64,000 nt of DNA from Nitrosopumilus sp. GTDB lineage: Archaea > Thermoproteota > Nitrososphaeria > Nitrososphaerales > Nitrosopumilaceae. Positions within the stretch are counted from its first letter, which is position 1. The number at the start of each line of letters is the position of its first letter. The stretch covers positions 1,952,001-2,016,000 of the forward strand of contig OZ245003.1 of NCBI GenBank assembly GCA_965223425.1. Direction: 5' to 3'. Of the stretch, positions 38,971 through 49,468 are shown piece by piece. The position numbers and the translations under genes were made by a program. The notes beneath the pieces are model-generated. The model searched no databases. It was not told the DNA's origin and was given only the letters and a program-made list of their open reading frames with translations.

Positions 38971-41900
38971 TTACTCCAAAGTCTTGTATGTAACTTTGTA
39001 ATAGAATCGCGAAACTTGATCATCCTTGATGACCTCAACATTCCAGTTTTGATCAGGCAAAAAGTCCACAGATGATTCAGGCAGAATGCTGAATTTTTCT
39101 AGGCGCACATCCGGTCCGCTGTACCTAACTTTAAGATCAATCCCATCAACTTTTACAATGTCATAAATTTGTCCTGGTTTTCTGGTGGATTCTCTCACTA
39201 GGCAATCAGCATCAGGGCCAATAATACAAGTCTCAGCAGCTGTAGAAACTCTGAGGTTAACGTCGGATTGATCTGCTCGTGAAGGGGTAAGCAAAGAACC
39301 TGAAATGACCCTAGGGGCAATAGTGCCGTTATCAGTTATTTTTTCTTCAGTAAAGATTGTAATGGTCTTTTCTGGAATCCTGTTTTCCTTTTCGATTATG
39401 GTGCCGGGTTTCTGACTTTGAGGCGTTTCCACTACATTGAATTGAATGGACTTTGTTTCAAAGCCTGCATCCACAGTAACTTCGTACAGGCCGACTGAGA
39501 AAGCAGAATCAGGAATTATAAATTCGTGGGTAAATGAGCCAGAAGAGCTTGGACTGATGGAGGATGCGGGAATGGCATAAATTCCACAAATGAGGGGACT
39601 GCATGCCGTCCCGTCATCTGTCTGTTGAATGATGCTCAGGTCGAAACTCTCTATATAGACTAGCTTGTTTGGCTTTCCAGCAATTATTACTGTCTCACCA
39701 GGATAATATTCTGGTTTATCAGTTGAGAGTAGCAAAGACAGGCCCTCATCAACGCCAGGAGCAAATTCATGTGCCACGCTAAATTCTGTTTGAGTCCTAG
39801 TGCCGATATATTCTGCCTTTACAGTGTATGAGCCCTCATCAAATATGGTGAGAGGCAATTCAAAGAAGCTTGAAAACTCGCCTCCCTGGTTGTGATAAAC
39901 AGATGCTTCGTGAATCTTTTTGTACGGGAATGTCCCGTCAAGTACTGTAATTTGTACTCTTTCGGGAACTATCAGCCCTTCATCGCCCTGTTCGCGTATG
40001 ATTACATTTCCAACTACTCTTAATTTTTCGCCGGCCTTGTACAGGGATTTTTCAGTCGATACGAAGATCGGGGTTGTGGATAACGAGTCATTTTCAGGAT
40101 CTTCGGAGACCTTGAAGAAGACATTCACGCTTTCTGAGTCAATTGAGACCTTAATTTTGTAGACTCCAAAGTTGGACTTTGTTATATCCCTGTTATCATC
40201 AGTTTTGATAGTTTGGTATGCTTCAGCTGTCGGAGTGGTCCAAGACCATGAGAATTTTTGGTTATTGATGGAAGTTCCGGAATTTGTAACGGTTCCATCA
40301 GGTCTGGTAAGTGAGATATCTACTGTGTTGGCGCCCGTAGGAGGAACTAGCCCAGTCAAAGTAACAGTTTCCCCTAAACCGTAAACTTTCTTATCAAGTA
40401 GAATCATTTGGCCGTCTGCCAAATCAAGAGAGTCAGCTATTTCAAAAGTTGCCGTCGCCGCATTATCCTGATATTGCGCTTTTACCACATAGCTTCCCAC
40501 AGAAAATACAGTTCGAGTGACAGGAATCTCTATAGAATATCTACCGGAGGTTTCTGGAACGGCAGTAAAGGCATACCCAACAACTACGCCATCATTTACT
40601 CCAGTCTTGGATCCTGATGGCAGCGTGATAATTTCCAGAGGATTCCTATCTTCATCGGATATGGTTATGCTTACTACCGTACTTGTACCATAACTTGAAT
40701 TCTCATAAGGATCCCTCACAAATCCGCTGACAACCATCGTCTCGCCAAGGTCATAGGAGCCCTTGTCAGATTCTACAGTCAGCGGCTCAGTTGATGCAAC
40801 AAAGTTTTCAGGATCATCTACTGCATGGACTATAAGACTTGCAGAGCCAACATTCTTTGAAACATTAATTCTGTAATCACCCAGTCTATGTTCGCTATTT
40901 GGAATTGTGAATGTGTAACTAAAGGTACCATCGCCCATAATTGAAATTCCGTCTAGAATTTTAAATCCAACATCGCCTCCAGAAGATGGACTGGCAATCG
41001 ATGCCTGTTTTGTTTGTACAATCTCTAAATCCATGGTACCCACCCAAACTTGGTTTAATCTGCCAGTAATTTTGACTTTATCGCCTAGACCATAAGCTGG
41101 TTTATCAGACCAGAGTGAGATAGGAACATCTTCTTTGATGTCTTTTACCACTTCAAAAGTAGCTGAAGTGGACTTGTCAGAATATTCAGCGTTGATGACA
41201 TAGGTTCCAAATTCAGGATTCACAGTTGTAATGTAGATGTCAGTTGTGAATTTGCCGTCAGTTGGGTATAGGTTGCCGTCATAGATTTCGACACCGCTAG
41301 AATCTGTTACAGTAAACTTCATGCCTGCAAATGGGACAATTTCAGAAGCAGTCCCAACAATTGAGACTGTTTGGCCAGGAATGTATTGGGGCTTGTCAGT
41401 GACTATACTTAGTGATGAGTCTTCTTCTTGTTGCTGCTCTTCAATTAATTCAAATCCGACAGAAAAGCTTGTGCTTGCCACAGCACCGGCATAATTTACA
41501 GACACGTCATAAGTTCCTTCATTAATTCCAAGAACTTGTTGTAGTCTTATGGTTGTTTTATAATTTTTATCAAGATCAGGATACATGGTTACAGTTTCGT
41601 CAAAGTTTGGACCGGTGATGCGTATTACAATTTGTTCGGGTTGGTAAGAGGGCTTTACAACAAAAACCTCTTCAGAAACACTTCCGCGAATTACCGCAGT
41701 CTCACCAAACACATATGAAGGTTTGGCCGGTGCAGCTGTAACAACAAGTTCTTTTGCCTCTTGTACTTTAACTGGTTTTCCATTTGAAGAACCAATTGTT
41801 GATTTAACAAACTTCCAATCATCAGGACTGTCCAGATCATAGCCATCATAGACTCTCTGCCATGTGGTAAAGTCGTTTTGAGTATCAGTGAGCATGGGAG

Positions 41901-42258
41901 TCTTGTCAACTACGACGCCGTCAAGAGTTCTAAGCTCAACGGATTCGGCCGAGTCGGTAAACCAGATGCTTTGATATGAATAAGTCAGGAATTCTCCAGA
42001 CTCAATAATTGTTCCAAAAGGAATCGTCATTGTTTTTTTATGGGCAGTTGTAGATGCGATCTCCCATCCACTTAGATCAATGTCAGAATCTGTGGGGTTG
42101 TAAAGCTCTACCCATTCGGATATAGATGCTGAATCATCTCCAAGAGGGTTAGTGTCAACTTCGTTAATTACGACATTTTCTGAAGTTTGGGCATATGCTG
42201 GAACTATGATTCCTGCAAGTAGGAATATAGAAAATGCAATAGACAGGTTACGATTCAT
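38971..42258 (-). CDS. Large secreted surface protein: lamin-tail domain plus Ig/MG2-like repeats
   Basis: Signal peptide, VVINEV..NP...EWVELYNP, repeated (T/S)DK..Y..G(E/D)TV.I.G modules. Confidence 0.85.
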   Translation of the reverse strand: MNRNLSIAFSIFLLAGIIVPAYAQTSENVVINEVDTNPLGDDSASISEWVELYNPTDSDIDLSGWEIASTTAHKKTMTIPFGTIIESGEFLTYSYQSIWFTDSAESVELRTLDGVVVDKTPMLTDTQNDFTTWQRVYDGYDLDSPDDWKFVKSTIGSSNGKPVKVQEAKELVVTAAPAKPSYVFGETAVIRGSVSEEVFVVKPSYQPEQIVIRITGPNFDETVTMYPDLDKNYKTTIRLQQVLGINEGTYDVSVNYAGAVASTSFSVGFELIEEQQQEEDSSLSIVTDKPQYIPGQTVSIVGTASEIVPFAGMKFTVTDSSGVEIYDGNLYPTDGKFTTDIYITTVNPEFGTYVINAEYSDKSTSATFEVVKDIKEDVPISLWSDKPAYGLGDKVKITGRLNQVWVGTMDLEIVQTKQASIASPSSGGDVGFKILDGISIMGDGTFSYTFTIPNSEHRLGDYRINVSKNVGSASLIVHAVDDPENFVASTEPLTVESDKGSYDLGETMVVSGFVRDPYENSSYGTSTVVSITISDEDRNPLEIITLPSGSKTGVNDGVVVGYAFTAVPETSGRYSIEIPVTRTVFSVGSYVVKAQYQDNAATATFEIADSLDLADGQMILLDKKVYGLGETVTLTGLVPPTGANTVDISLTRPDGTVTNSGTSINNQKFSWSWTTPTAEAYQTIKTDDNRDITKSNFGVYKIKVSIDSESVNVFFKVSEDPENDSLSTTPIFVSTEKSLYKAGEKLRVVGNVIIREQGDEGLIVPERVQITVLDGTFPYKKIHEASVYHNQGGEFSSFFELPLTIFDEGSYTVKAEYIGTRTQTEFSVAHEFAPGVDEGLSLLLSTDKPEYYPGETVIIAGKPNKLVYIESFDLSIIQQTDDGTACSPLICGIYAIPASSISPSSSGSFTHEFIIPDSAFSVGLYEVTVDAGFETKSIQFNVVETPQSQKPGTIIEKENRIPEKTITIFTEEKITDNGTIAPRVISGSLLTPSRADQSDVNLRVSTAAETCIIGPDADCLVRESTRKPGQIYDIVKVDGIDLKVRYSGPDVRLEKFSILPESSVDFLPDQNWNVEVIKDDQVSRFYYKVTYKTLE

Positions 42259-42394
42259 TGCTGCTCCTGATTTTGTTGCATAGGAGACTCATTTTAGAAT
42301 GAAATTGAGGAAAAGTTGAGCTTGTTGTTAAAGTCATATATCTTAAAACCGTCAAAAACAAGCCTGATTTTCCAGTATCAAGCATACGTGGGAA

Positions 42395-42649
42395 TCATTC
42401 TTGAGAATAGTCACAATTTGGGCATTTCTTATTCTGGATTTTAGAGCCGCATTCCATGCAGATTCCTTCTCCAACATCACGTTTAATCAGCTGCTTTCGC
42501 TTTCCCACATACACTTTGATTCCAAAATACATGAGAGTCACAATAAGAATTGCATAAATGGGCTCCATAAATGGAATCAATCCAATCATAAAAAGTAAAA
42601 GGCCTGCAAGTAAGATTATGTCCCGTCTTTCAAATTTCAATAAAATCAA
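42395..42649 (-). CDS. Small membrane protein with zinc ribbon
   Basis: Two TM segments followed by CMECG...CPNC. Confidence 0.7.
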   Translation of the reverse strand: MILLKFERRDIILLAGLLLFMIGLIPFMEPIYAILIVTLMYFGIKVYVGKRKQLIKRDVGEGICMECGSKIQNKKCPNCDYSQE

Positions 42650-42783
42650 AGCAACACAGAATTAATAAAAACATGCCGGAGCTCAGAGCCAATTAGTTTA
42701 CTTCATTCAAGTCATTACTCTAACTCTTCTTCATCGCTCGGCAGTAATATTATGCAGTAATTTGATAATAAGATAATGATTAG

Positions 42784-42860
42784 TGGTGGGATCGGCGAGA
42801 TTCGAACGCGCGACCTCTGCGTCCCAAACGCAGAATCATACCAAGCTAGACTACGATCCC
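42784..42860 (-). tRNA. tRNA-Pro(TGG), CCA encoded
   Basis: GGGATCG/CGATCCC acceptor stem, CTGCG-TTTGGGA-CGCAG anticodon arm, GTTCGAATC T-loop, ACCA end. Confidence 0.95.
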
Positions 42861-42932
42861 AGTAAATCCTAAAAGTTGCCCAATTTAAGCTTCACAGATA
42901 ATCATTTTAAAGGCACTCAAAGGATCACAAAT

Positions 42933-43829
42933 GTGCAAACCGAAGATTACGTCAAGGCAGGAAAAATCGCCGCTGAAGTAAGAGAGGTGGTCAGAGTAAA
43001 AGATTGGACTGGCAAAACAGTTTATGAAATTTGTGAAGAAGTTGAGGGGGAAATCAGAAAGCGAGGAGCAAAATGTGCTTTTCCAGTAAACACCAGTATT
43101 AATGAAATTGCAGCTCACTACACTGCAGAACCAAATGACCCAATCACAATCAAAGACACTGATTTAGTAAAAATTGATCTTGGTGCACAGATTAATGGTC
43201 ACATCGCAGATACTGCAGTAACTGTTTGCTATGATGCACAGTTTGAGGGATTGGTTCAAGCAGCTGAAGAAGCACTGGCAAATGCAATGTCAATGATAAA
43301 GTCAGGAGTAAAAGCAAGTGATGTTGGACGAACTATTGAGACCACAATAAAACAAATGGGGTTCATACCGATTGCAAATCTGAGTGGGCATTCATTGGAA
43401 CAATATACAATACACGCCGGAAAATCTATTCCAAATATTTGGTCAATTGGAGGTTTTTTACTTTCAGAAAATTCAGCATATGCATGTGAACCGTTTGTAA
43501 CAACAGAACAGGGCGGAGGATTCGTCAGAAACGGACAAATAAAAAATATTTTTGCCATTAATTCACGAAAGAAAACAAAAAACACCGAAGCTGATAGGTT
43601 ACTTGATTTTATTTGGGAAAATTTTAACATGTTACCATTTGCATTAAGATGGATAACAAAAGAATGGGAAGAAAAGAAAGCAAGAGAATTGATGGAAATT
43701 TTGATAAGGAAGAAAGCAGTGCAGGCATATCCTGTTCTAGTCGAAGTTAATGAACAAAGAGTTGCACAAGCTGAGCATACGTTCATTCCAAATGAAAATG
43801 GAGTGACAGTAACTACTATTGCTCCATAG
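42933..43829 (+). CDS. map: Methionine aminopeptidase type II
   Basis: AFPVN, AAHYT, KID.G, DTA, GH, EPF, EHT; probable GTG start at 42933. Confidence 0.95.
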   Translation: MQTEDYVKAGKIAAEVREVVRVKDWTGKTVYEICEEVEGEIRKRGAKCAFPVNTSINEIAAHYTAEPNDPITIKDTDLVKIDLGAQINGHIADTAVTVCYDAQFEGLVQAAEEALANAMSMIKSGVKASDVGRTIETTIKQMGFIPIANLSGHSLEQYTIHAGKSIPNIWSIGGFLLSENSAYACEPFVTTEQGGGFVRNGQIKNIFAINSRKKTKNTEADRLLDFIWENFNMLPFALRWITKEWEEKKARELMEILIRKKAVQAYPVLVEVNEQRVAQAEHTFIPNENGVTVTTIAP

Positions 43830-43995
43830 TTTCACCAAATATCTTTTCTATACTTGTCATACCATCACATGATGTACATTGTGAGGATTCGGCAAACAAA
43901 GTATCACCATCAGTGAATTTTCTTTTTCTTAGCATTTCACATTTTTGACATTTCTCAACAGTGTATGCCATAGTAATTTTTTTCTTATCAAACAC
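43816..43995 (-). CDS. 59-aa double-CxxC zinc-ribbon microprotein
   Basis: GTG start overlapping the upstream stop; MFDKKKITMAYTVEKCQKC...CTSC...IEKIFGETMEQ. Confidence 0.7.
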   Translation of the reverse strand: MFDKKKITMAYTVEKCQKCEMLRKRKFTDGDTLFAESSQCTSCDGMTSIEKIFGETMEQ

Positions 43996-45128
43996 TATTG
44001 GGGCACCCCAGCAGTGTTGCCAACACCAATTATCAGTACAGATTGACCTTCTTTGGTGTTGTCTTGAATCATTTCATAAACTTGAGAGCGTACATCCTCA
44101 GCTTGATCAGCAATTTCTTTTGTCATCAAAGTTACTGCCTCTTTGACTGACTGCTTGATCACTATTGAAAAGACAGGAATTTTGTTGTTTGTTGCAACTG
44201 CCTCAATTTGGAACCTGTCAGTTCCAATTCCACCAATGGCTGCACCAAAACCTTGTGCAACAGATGCAGAGTCTTCGCCTTCCATTTTTAATGCAGCATC
44301 AATCATAATTATTGCATCAAGCTTGTTATCAGAAACGATTGCCTCTAGCGCATCAGCAGGTCTGCCTACAGTGGAGCCAGGTCCTTCTGCTTTTAAAAGA
44401 AATAATTTTCTGTCCTCAAATTCAGTTTTTGCAAGAACAGTTTGAAACGCTACAGTCTCTTTTTCACTATTTAACATCATTTTTCCTACAATCATTGGGC
44501 CAATTCCATCACCGACAGGTTGTCCTGCTTTAAATGCGGAAATTGCGTCTTTCATCGCTTCTGCTTGCTCCAGTATAAAAGGAAGAAGCATCTGAAGCGG
44601 TAAAATCAGCGGATAATTGTTTTGTTTTTTAGCAGTCAAGTACATGTGGTTGACGATTTTGTAAATGATTTGCAATGAAGAGGCAATTTCAAGTAAAGTT
44701 TGGGCTTTGGCCAATTCCAAATCATTAATTCCTGGAAAAAGTGATTTTACGTGTTCTCTAGTATAGTCTTCTCGAGATCTAACTGTATGTTTTACTTTCT
44801 CAACTATCCCATTAGGATCCATATCAACTGGCATGATCGTAAAGTAATCCAAAAACCTGTCAATTTTTTTTGTTGAGCCGTCCTTAGGATTCAGATTTTT
44901 TTTAGCATAGTCAATCAATTCATTTTTTGATTCCTCTTTAAAACTATCTAATTTTTTAATTGCTTTTTTAATTTCACCAGAAGTAACATACAGTTGAATT
45001 CTTTGTCCATAAAAAATAAAGAGAATTATTGGAAGAATCCAGATCAACATCATTAGAGGATTAGTATCATCGCCCATTCCAAACAACTGCTCAAAATCAA
45101 AATTTGTAAAATCCACTAGACTCAGCAC
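43995..45128 (-). CDS. DUF1512-family protein
   Basis: PVGDGIGP, KAEGPG, IDAALK.EGE, GVGNT motifs. Confidence 0.85.
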   Translation of the reverse strand: MLSLVDFTNFDFEQLFGMGDDTNPLMMLIWILPIILFIFYGQRIQLYVTSGEIKKAIKKLDSFKEESKNELIDYAKKNLNPKDGSTKKIDRFLDYFTIMPVDMDPNGIVEKVKHTVRSREDYTREHVKSLFPGINDLELAKAQTLLEIASSLQIIYKIVNHMYLTAKKQNNYPLILPLQMLLPFILEQAEAMKDAISAFKAGQPVGDGIGPMIVGKMMLNSEKETVAFQTVLAKTEFEDRKLFLLKAEGPGSTVGRPADALEAIVSDNKLDAIIMIDAALKMEGEDSASVAQGFGAAIGGIGTDRFQIEAVATNNKIPVFSIVIKQSVKEAVTLMTKEIADQAEDVRSQVYEMIQDNTKEGQSVLIIGVGNTAGVPQ

Positions 45129-45263
45129 TTCTCAGATCTAAATTAAATCATTCGTCCTACCCACAACGACCAAAAATATACAAAAAAGTGCAGAAAAATC
45201 TAGACTGGAGGCCAGAATGGTGGCGAGTGCTTTTATTATAGTTAAAATACAAAAAAATCTGAA

Positions 45264-45824
45264 ATGCCACAAACAAAACCCATCGTAAGCGTGGAGAACG
45301 TTGTAGCATCAGCTTCTGTAGACCAGAAGATGGACTTGAATGAAATTACTAAAACATTTCCAGATGTAGAATATCATCCTGATCAATTTCCAGGGCTGGT
45401 TTTCAGATTAAAGAGTCCGAAAACTGCAACGTTGATTTTCACTTCAGGTAAAATGGTATGTACCGGTTCTAAATCAGAAGAGATGGCAAGAAAAGCAGTA
45501 AAAACTGTTGTGCAAAAACTTCGCAAAGGCGGAATTAAAGTCAAAAAGGACGCAGTTGTTGAAATTCAAAATATTGTAGCTTCAATCAATTTAGGCGGAA
45601 AAATTCATTTAGAACAAGCAGCAAGAACATTACCACGAAGCATGTATGAACCAGAACAATTTCCAGGACTTATTCATAGAATGCTAGATCCAAAAACAGT
45701 CATTTTGTTATTTTCCTCAGGAAAACTTGTCTGTACGGGTGCTAAAAAAGAACCAGACGTTTACAGATCCGTAAACAACTTGCATTCATTGCTAGAAGAA
45801 AAAGACCTAATGATTTATGATTAA
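45264..45824 (+). CDS. tbp: TATA-box binding protein
   Basis: Two repeats of NVVAS...Y.P.QFPGL..R...PK...LIF.SGK.V.TG. Confidence 0.97.
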   Translation: MPQTKPIVSVENVVASASVDQKMDLNEITKTFPDVEYHPDQFPGLVFRLKSPKTATLIFTSGKMVCTGSKSEEMARKAVKTVVQKLRKGGIKVKKDAVVEIQNIVASINLGGKIHLEQAARTLPRSMYEPEQFPGLIHRMLDPKTVILLFSSGKLVCTGAKKEPDVYRSVNNLHSLLEEKDLMIYD

Positions 45825-45874
45825 TCATAAATCAAATCCATTTTCACTAATTTTTGGTCACAAGGCCAATCAGG

Positions 45875-46204
45875 CTACTTAATAGGACTTCCCAAAGGAA
45901 TGTCTTCATTCACTGTAAGCCAAAACGGTTTGTCATCGACATCTGCTGCCAGCAGCATTGCGTTTGATTCAACTCCTGCCATTTTTTTTGGTTCTAAATT
46001 TGCTATAACAATAACAGTTTTTCCTACAATGTCTCCGGGTTGATAGTATTGTGCACCGCCAATTATCACGTCTCGTTGATCATCATTTCCCAAATCAATT
46101 CGTCCCTTGATAATTCTCGACTTGCCTTCAATAGGTTCGGCTGCAATGACTTTTGCGACTCGAAGATCTAGTTTTGCAAAATCATCATATGAAACATCTG
46201 ACAT
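45875..46204 (-). CDS. OB-fold tRNA-binding protein (Trbp111/CsaA family)
   Basis: DF.KLDLRVAKV, NLEPKKMAGVES..MLLAA. Confidence 0.9.
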   Translation of the reverse strand: MSDVSYDDFAKLDLRVAKVIAAEPIEGKSRIIKGRIDLGNDDQRDVIIGGAQYYQPGDIVGKTVIVIANLEPKKMAGVESNAMLLAADVDDKPFWLTVNEDIPLGSPIK

Positions 46205-46243
46205 AACAAACCCTAATCGTTCCTGTTAAAATGAATTTCGAAT

Positions 46244-46459
46244 TTATTGTAATTCTTTTTTATCAATTCCGCTAGTTTCAATCTCATATCTCAGAGCAGC
46301 AGGAAGTTCCATGTACTTTTTGTTGACTAGTAAGATAATTTGATCCTCTGGAACGCTGACTTTTTTCAACAACTTTCCACGTTGGTGGGCATATGCGTTT
46401 TTCCAAAACTTTGCGCCATCAAGGGTTTCAATTTTTGGCATGTATTTTGAGGGTTTCAT
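46244..46459 (-). CDS. Hypothetical protein
   Basis: Intact 71-aa ORF co-oriented with its neighbours. Confidence 0.6.
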   Translation of the reverse strand: MKPSKYMPKIETLDGAKFWKNAYAHQRGKLLKKVSVPEDQIILLVNKKYMELPAALRYEIETSGIDKKELQ

Positions 46460-46613
46460 TTTCTTTCAAGTTTAATTGACTGTGATGGAAGAATGGCAAA
46501 TGCCATTGGAACTGGAGTTAATGTTCCGGATTTTAGGCATGTTGCCCACCACAGTCTATTTGAAATGGAATGAGAATCTAATATATTTAACGCGGATCAA
46601 AAGTTTGTAGGGC

Positions 46614-47030
46614 ATGGCCAGAATTGAGGTGGAAGTAGAAATCAATGCTTCAATTGACAAAGTATGGGATGTTGTTTCAGATATTGATGATGAGCCAAAG
46701 TTTTGGAAAGGAACAAAAAAAGTCAATAACTTGTCAAGGGATGGAAACACGATAAACAGAGAAATCACAATAGCGTTTAGAGATCAAAAATGCTTGCAGG
46801 AGGTAAAACTTCAACCTAAAGAAAAGATAGAAGCAAAATTCACAAAGGGCATCATAGATGGAGAGAAAATAATATCTCTTATCCCTAAAGATGAAAAAAC
46901 AATACTACAAACAATTTGGGATATAAAACTGACAGGAATGATGGGGGTGTTTACTGGGATGATAAAAAAACACATCAAAAGTGGTACAGAGCAAGCAATG
47001 CAAAGCATCAAAGACGAAATCGAGGGATAA
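46614..47030 (+). CDS. SRPBCC/polyketide cyclase-family protein
   Basis: INASIDKVWDVVSD....PKFW motif. Confidence 0.85.
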   Translation: MARIEVEVEINASIDKVWDVVSDIDDEPKFWKGTKKVNNLSRDGNTINREITIAFRDQKCLQEVKLQPKEKIEAKFTKGIIDGEKIISLIPKDEKTILQTIWDIKLTGMMGVFTGMIKKHIKSGTEQAMQSIKDEIEG

Positions 47031-47034
47031 TTCA

Positions 47035-48246
47035 ATGGAGTTAATTATTGATATATTCAATTACTCACTGACAGCAATTCTAATTGGAATATGTGGAGCA
47101 TGGGTATTTCTCATCAAATCAATGGCAAACTCATTTAGATTGACGCCACACCTTGACAAGTTTGAAAATACGTCAAAAACATCTCCAATGGTCTCTGTAA
47201 TTCTTCCGGCAAGGAATGAAGAAGAGTTTGTCGGCAAATGTCTAGATTCGTTGATTGAGCAAGATTATGAAAATTATGAAATTATAGTTATTGATGATTC
47301 GTCAGACGATGCAACAGGAAAAATTATTTCAGAATATGCAAAAAAATCTTCTAAAATTGTCCCTGTTTTGGCAAAACCCAAACCAGAAGGATGGATTGGT
47401 AAAAACTGGGCATGTATGGAAGGGTACAGAAAGGCAAAAGGGGATCTTTTGTTATTTACTGATGCAGATACAAACTATTCTAAAAACGTAATATCACTTG
47501 CAGTTGCTCACTTGATTTCATGTAACTTGGATGCACTATCTGTAATTCCAAGAATGCTGACATTTGATTTTTGGACAAGGATTACGCTTCCAATGATTTC
47601 CACGTTTTTGCATACTAGATTTTCAGCGTTAAACGTCAACAATCCTGCAAAAAAAACAGGTTATTTCTTTGGAAGTTTTTTTATCCTGAAAAAGGAGACA
47701 TATCAAGATGTGGGAATGCACGAGGGGGTAAAACAAGAAATTATCGAAGATGGCGCACTCGGTAAAAAAGTGAAAGAGGCAGGATACAAAGTAAAGATGG
47801 TAAGAGGAGAGCATTTGATTGAGGCAGTTTGGGCCAGAGACAGGACTACACTATGGAATGCGTTAAAGAGGCTGATGGTTCCATTGTATCTTCAAAGTGG
47901 AAAAATTGCCATCGGAATTTTCTTTGCAGTGGCATTTTTGCTATTTGTCCCGTTTCCAATATTTGCCGCATCAGTGTCATTGCCAATAGAGGCCACGTCT
48001 GCAAAAACACTTTGCATTACGGCAGGTATTGCCTCAATTCTGATTTACACAGGTGCGATAATTGAGGTGAAAATTGGGCTTGGATTAAAAATTGTCCATG
48101 CGGCATTTGCACCATTAGGAAGTTTAGTAGTAGTTTTGGGATTTCTAAATGGATTACTTCAGGCAAAAAGTACGTCTTCAGTTACATGGAGAGGTAGAGT
48201 GTATTCAATGAAAGACCACCACACTCAAAATTCAATTCGAGTATAG
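47035..48246 (+). CDS. Glycosyltransferase family 2 (membrane-bound)
   Basis: PARNEE, DD.S.D.T, GW.GK.WA, FTDAD, EDG; TM segments. Confidence 0.9.
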   Translation: MELIIDIFNYSLTAILIGICGAWVFLIKSMANSFRLTPHLDKFENTSKTSPMVSVILPARNEEEFVGKCLDSLIEQDYENYEIIVIDDSSDDATGKIISEYAKKSSKIVPVLAKPKPEGWIGKNWACMEGYRKAKGDLLLFTDADTNYSKNVISLAVAHLISCNLDALSVIPRMLTFDFWTRITLPMISTFLHTRFSALNVNNPAKKTGYFFGSFFILKKETYQDVGMHEGVKQEIIEDGALGKKVKEAGYKVKMVRGEHLIEAVWARDRTTLWNALKRLMVPLYLQSGKIAIGIFFAVAFLLFVPFPIFAASVSLPIEATSAKTLCITAGIASILIYTGAIIEVKIGLGLKIVHAAFAPLGSLVVVLGFLNGLLQAKSTSSVTWRGRVYSMKDHHTQNSIRV

Positions 48247-48284
48247 TAAGCCTTTTACATAGAAAATTAGAAACAAAAAATCTC

Positions 48285-49427
48285 ATGGACAGATCAGGAG
48301 TGTTTGTAGGTGGTGCCATAGGAGCTGCAATGGCGGCAGTCATATTTACGGTGTTATTTGTGTCACCGCCAGAATTTATGAAACCAGAAATTGTTGCAAG
48401 TAACGGACATTCAGTAAGTACAGTTGGAGAGACAACGCCTGTTTATTCAACAAATTTATCATTAATTGAAATTTTTGAGAAAACAGAACCAGGAGTTGTA
48501 AGAGTAAATGTACAAAGAAATGAGAGTCCAGATGGAACAAACGGGGTAGGCTCTGGTTTTGTTTTTGACAAAAAAGGGCACATTGCTACAAACGCTCATG
48601 TCGTTGACGATGCTAAAAAAATTGTAGTGACGTTTCTTGACGGAAGATCATACAATGCAGACGTTGTTGGGATAGATGACTATACAGATCTTGCAATAAT
48701 CAAAGTCAACGTTGATTCAACACCGTTAAACCCAATACTAATTGGGGATTCAGCTAATCTCAAAGTCGGGGAAAACATAGCTGCAATTGGCAACCCGTTT
48801 GGATTATCAGGCTCTATGACTTCAGGAATAGTAAGCCAGCTAGGAAGGTTGCTTCCATCAGGCTTGGGGTATTCGATACCAGATGTAATTCAGACTGATG
48901 CGGCTATCAATCCGGGTAACTCTGGAGGGCCACTGCTGAACATGAGGGGGGAGGTTGTTGGCATAAATACAGCAATTCAATCAGCAACAGGCGAGTTCAC
49001 GGGAGTCGGTTTTGCAATACCATCACAAACAGTTGCAAAAATCATACCAACGCTAATTGAAAAAGGGGAATACAAACATCCATGGATTGGAATATCGGGT
49101 CTTGACATTAATCCAGATCTGGCAAAAGCATTAAAGTTAAAAGAAGCAGTGGGATTTCTGGTCATAACAGTTGTAGAAGACAGTCCAGCCTCCAAGGCAG
49201 GGCTGATTGGCTCTGAAAAAACCATCCAAGTTGAGGGAGTCAAGTATCAGATAGGAGGGGACATCATTTTAGCAGTAGACGGAATTGAGGTAAGAAAAAT
49301 TGACGATATTTTGATACATCTTCAGAGGGCAAAATCTGTCGGAGATGAAATGGTTTTGGAGGTTCTCAGGGATGGAAGAACAACAAACGTTACAATCATT
49401 CTCCAAGAGAGGCCAAACGGAAACTAG
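48285..49427 (+). CDS. HtrA/DegP-like serine protease with PDZ domain
   Basis: TNAHV, DLA, TDAAINPGNSGG; C-terminal PDZ. Confidence 0.93.
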   Translation: MDRSGVFVGGAIGAAMAAVIFTVLFVSPPEFMKPEIVASNGHSVSTVGETTPVYSTNLSLIEIFEKTEPGVVRVNVQRNESPDGTNGVGSGFVFDKKGHIATNAHVVDDAKKIVVTFLDGRSYNADVVGIDDYTDLAIIKVNVDSTPLNPILIGDSANLKVGENIAAIGNPFGLSGSMTSGIVSQLGRLLPSGLGYSIPDVIQTDAAINPGNSGGPLLNMRGEVVGINTAIQSATGEFTGVGFAIPSQTVAKIIPTLIEKGEYKHPWIGISGLDINPDLAKALKLKEAVGFLVITVVEDSPASKAGLIGSEKTIQVEGVKYQIGGDIILAVDGIEVRKIDDILIHLQRAKSVGDEMVLEVLRDGRTTNVTIILQERPNGN

Positions 49428-49468
49428 CACAATACAAGCATAAATACTTCAAGTCAAAAACCTTTCTG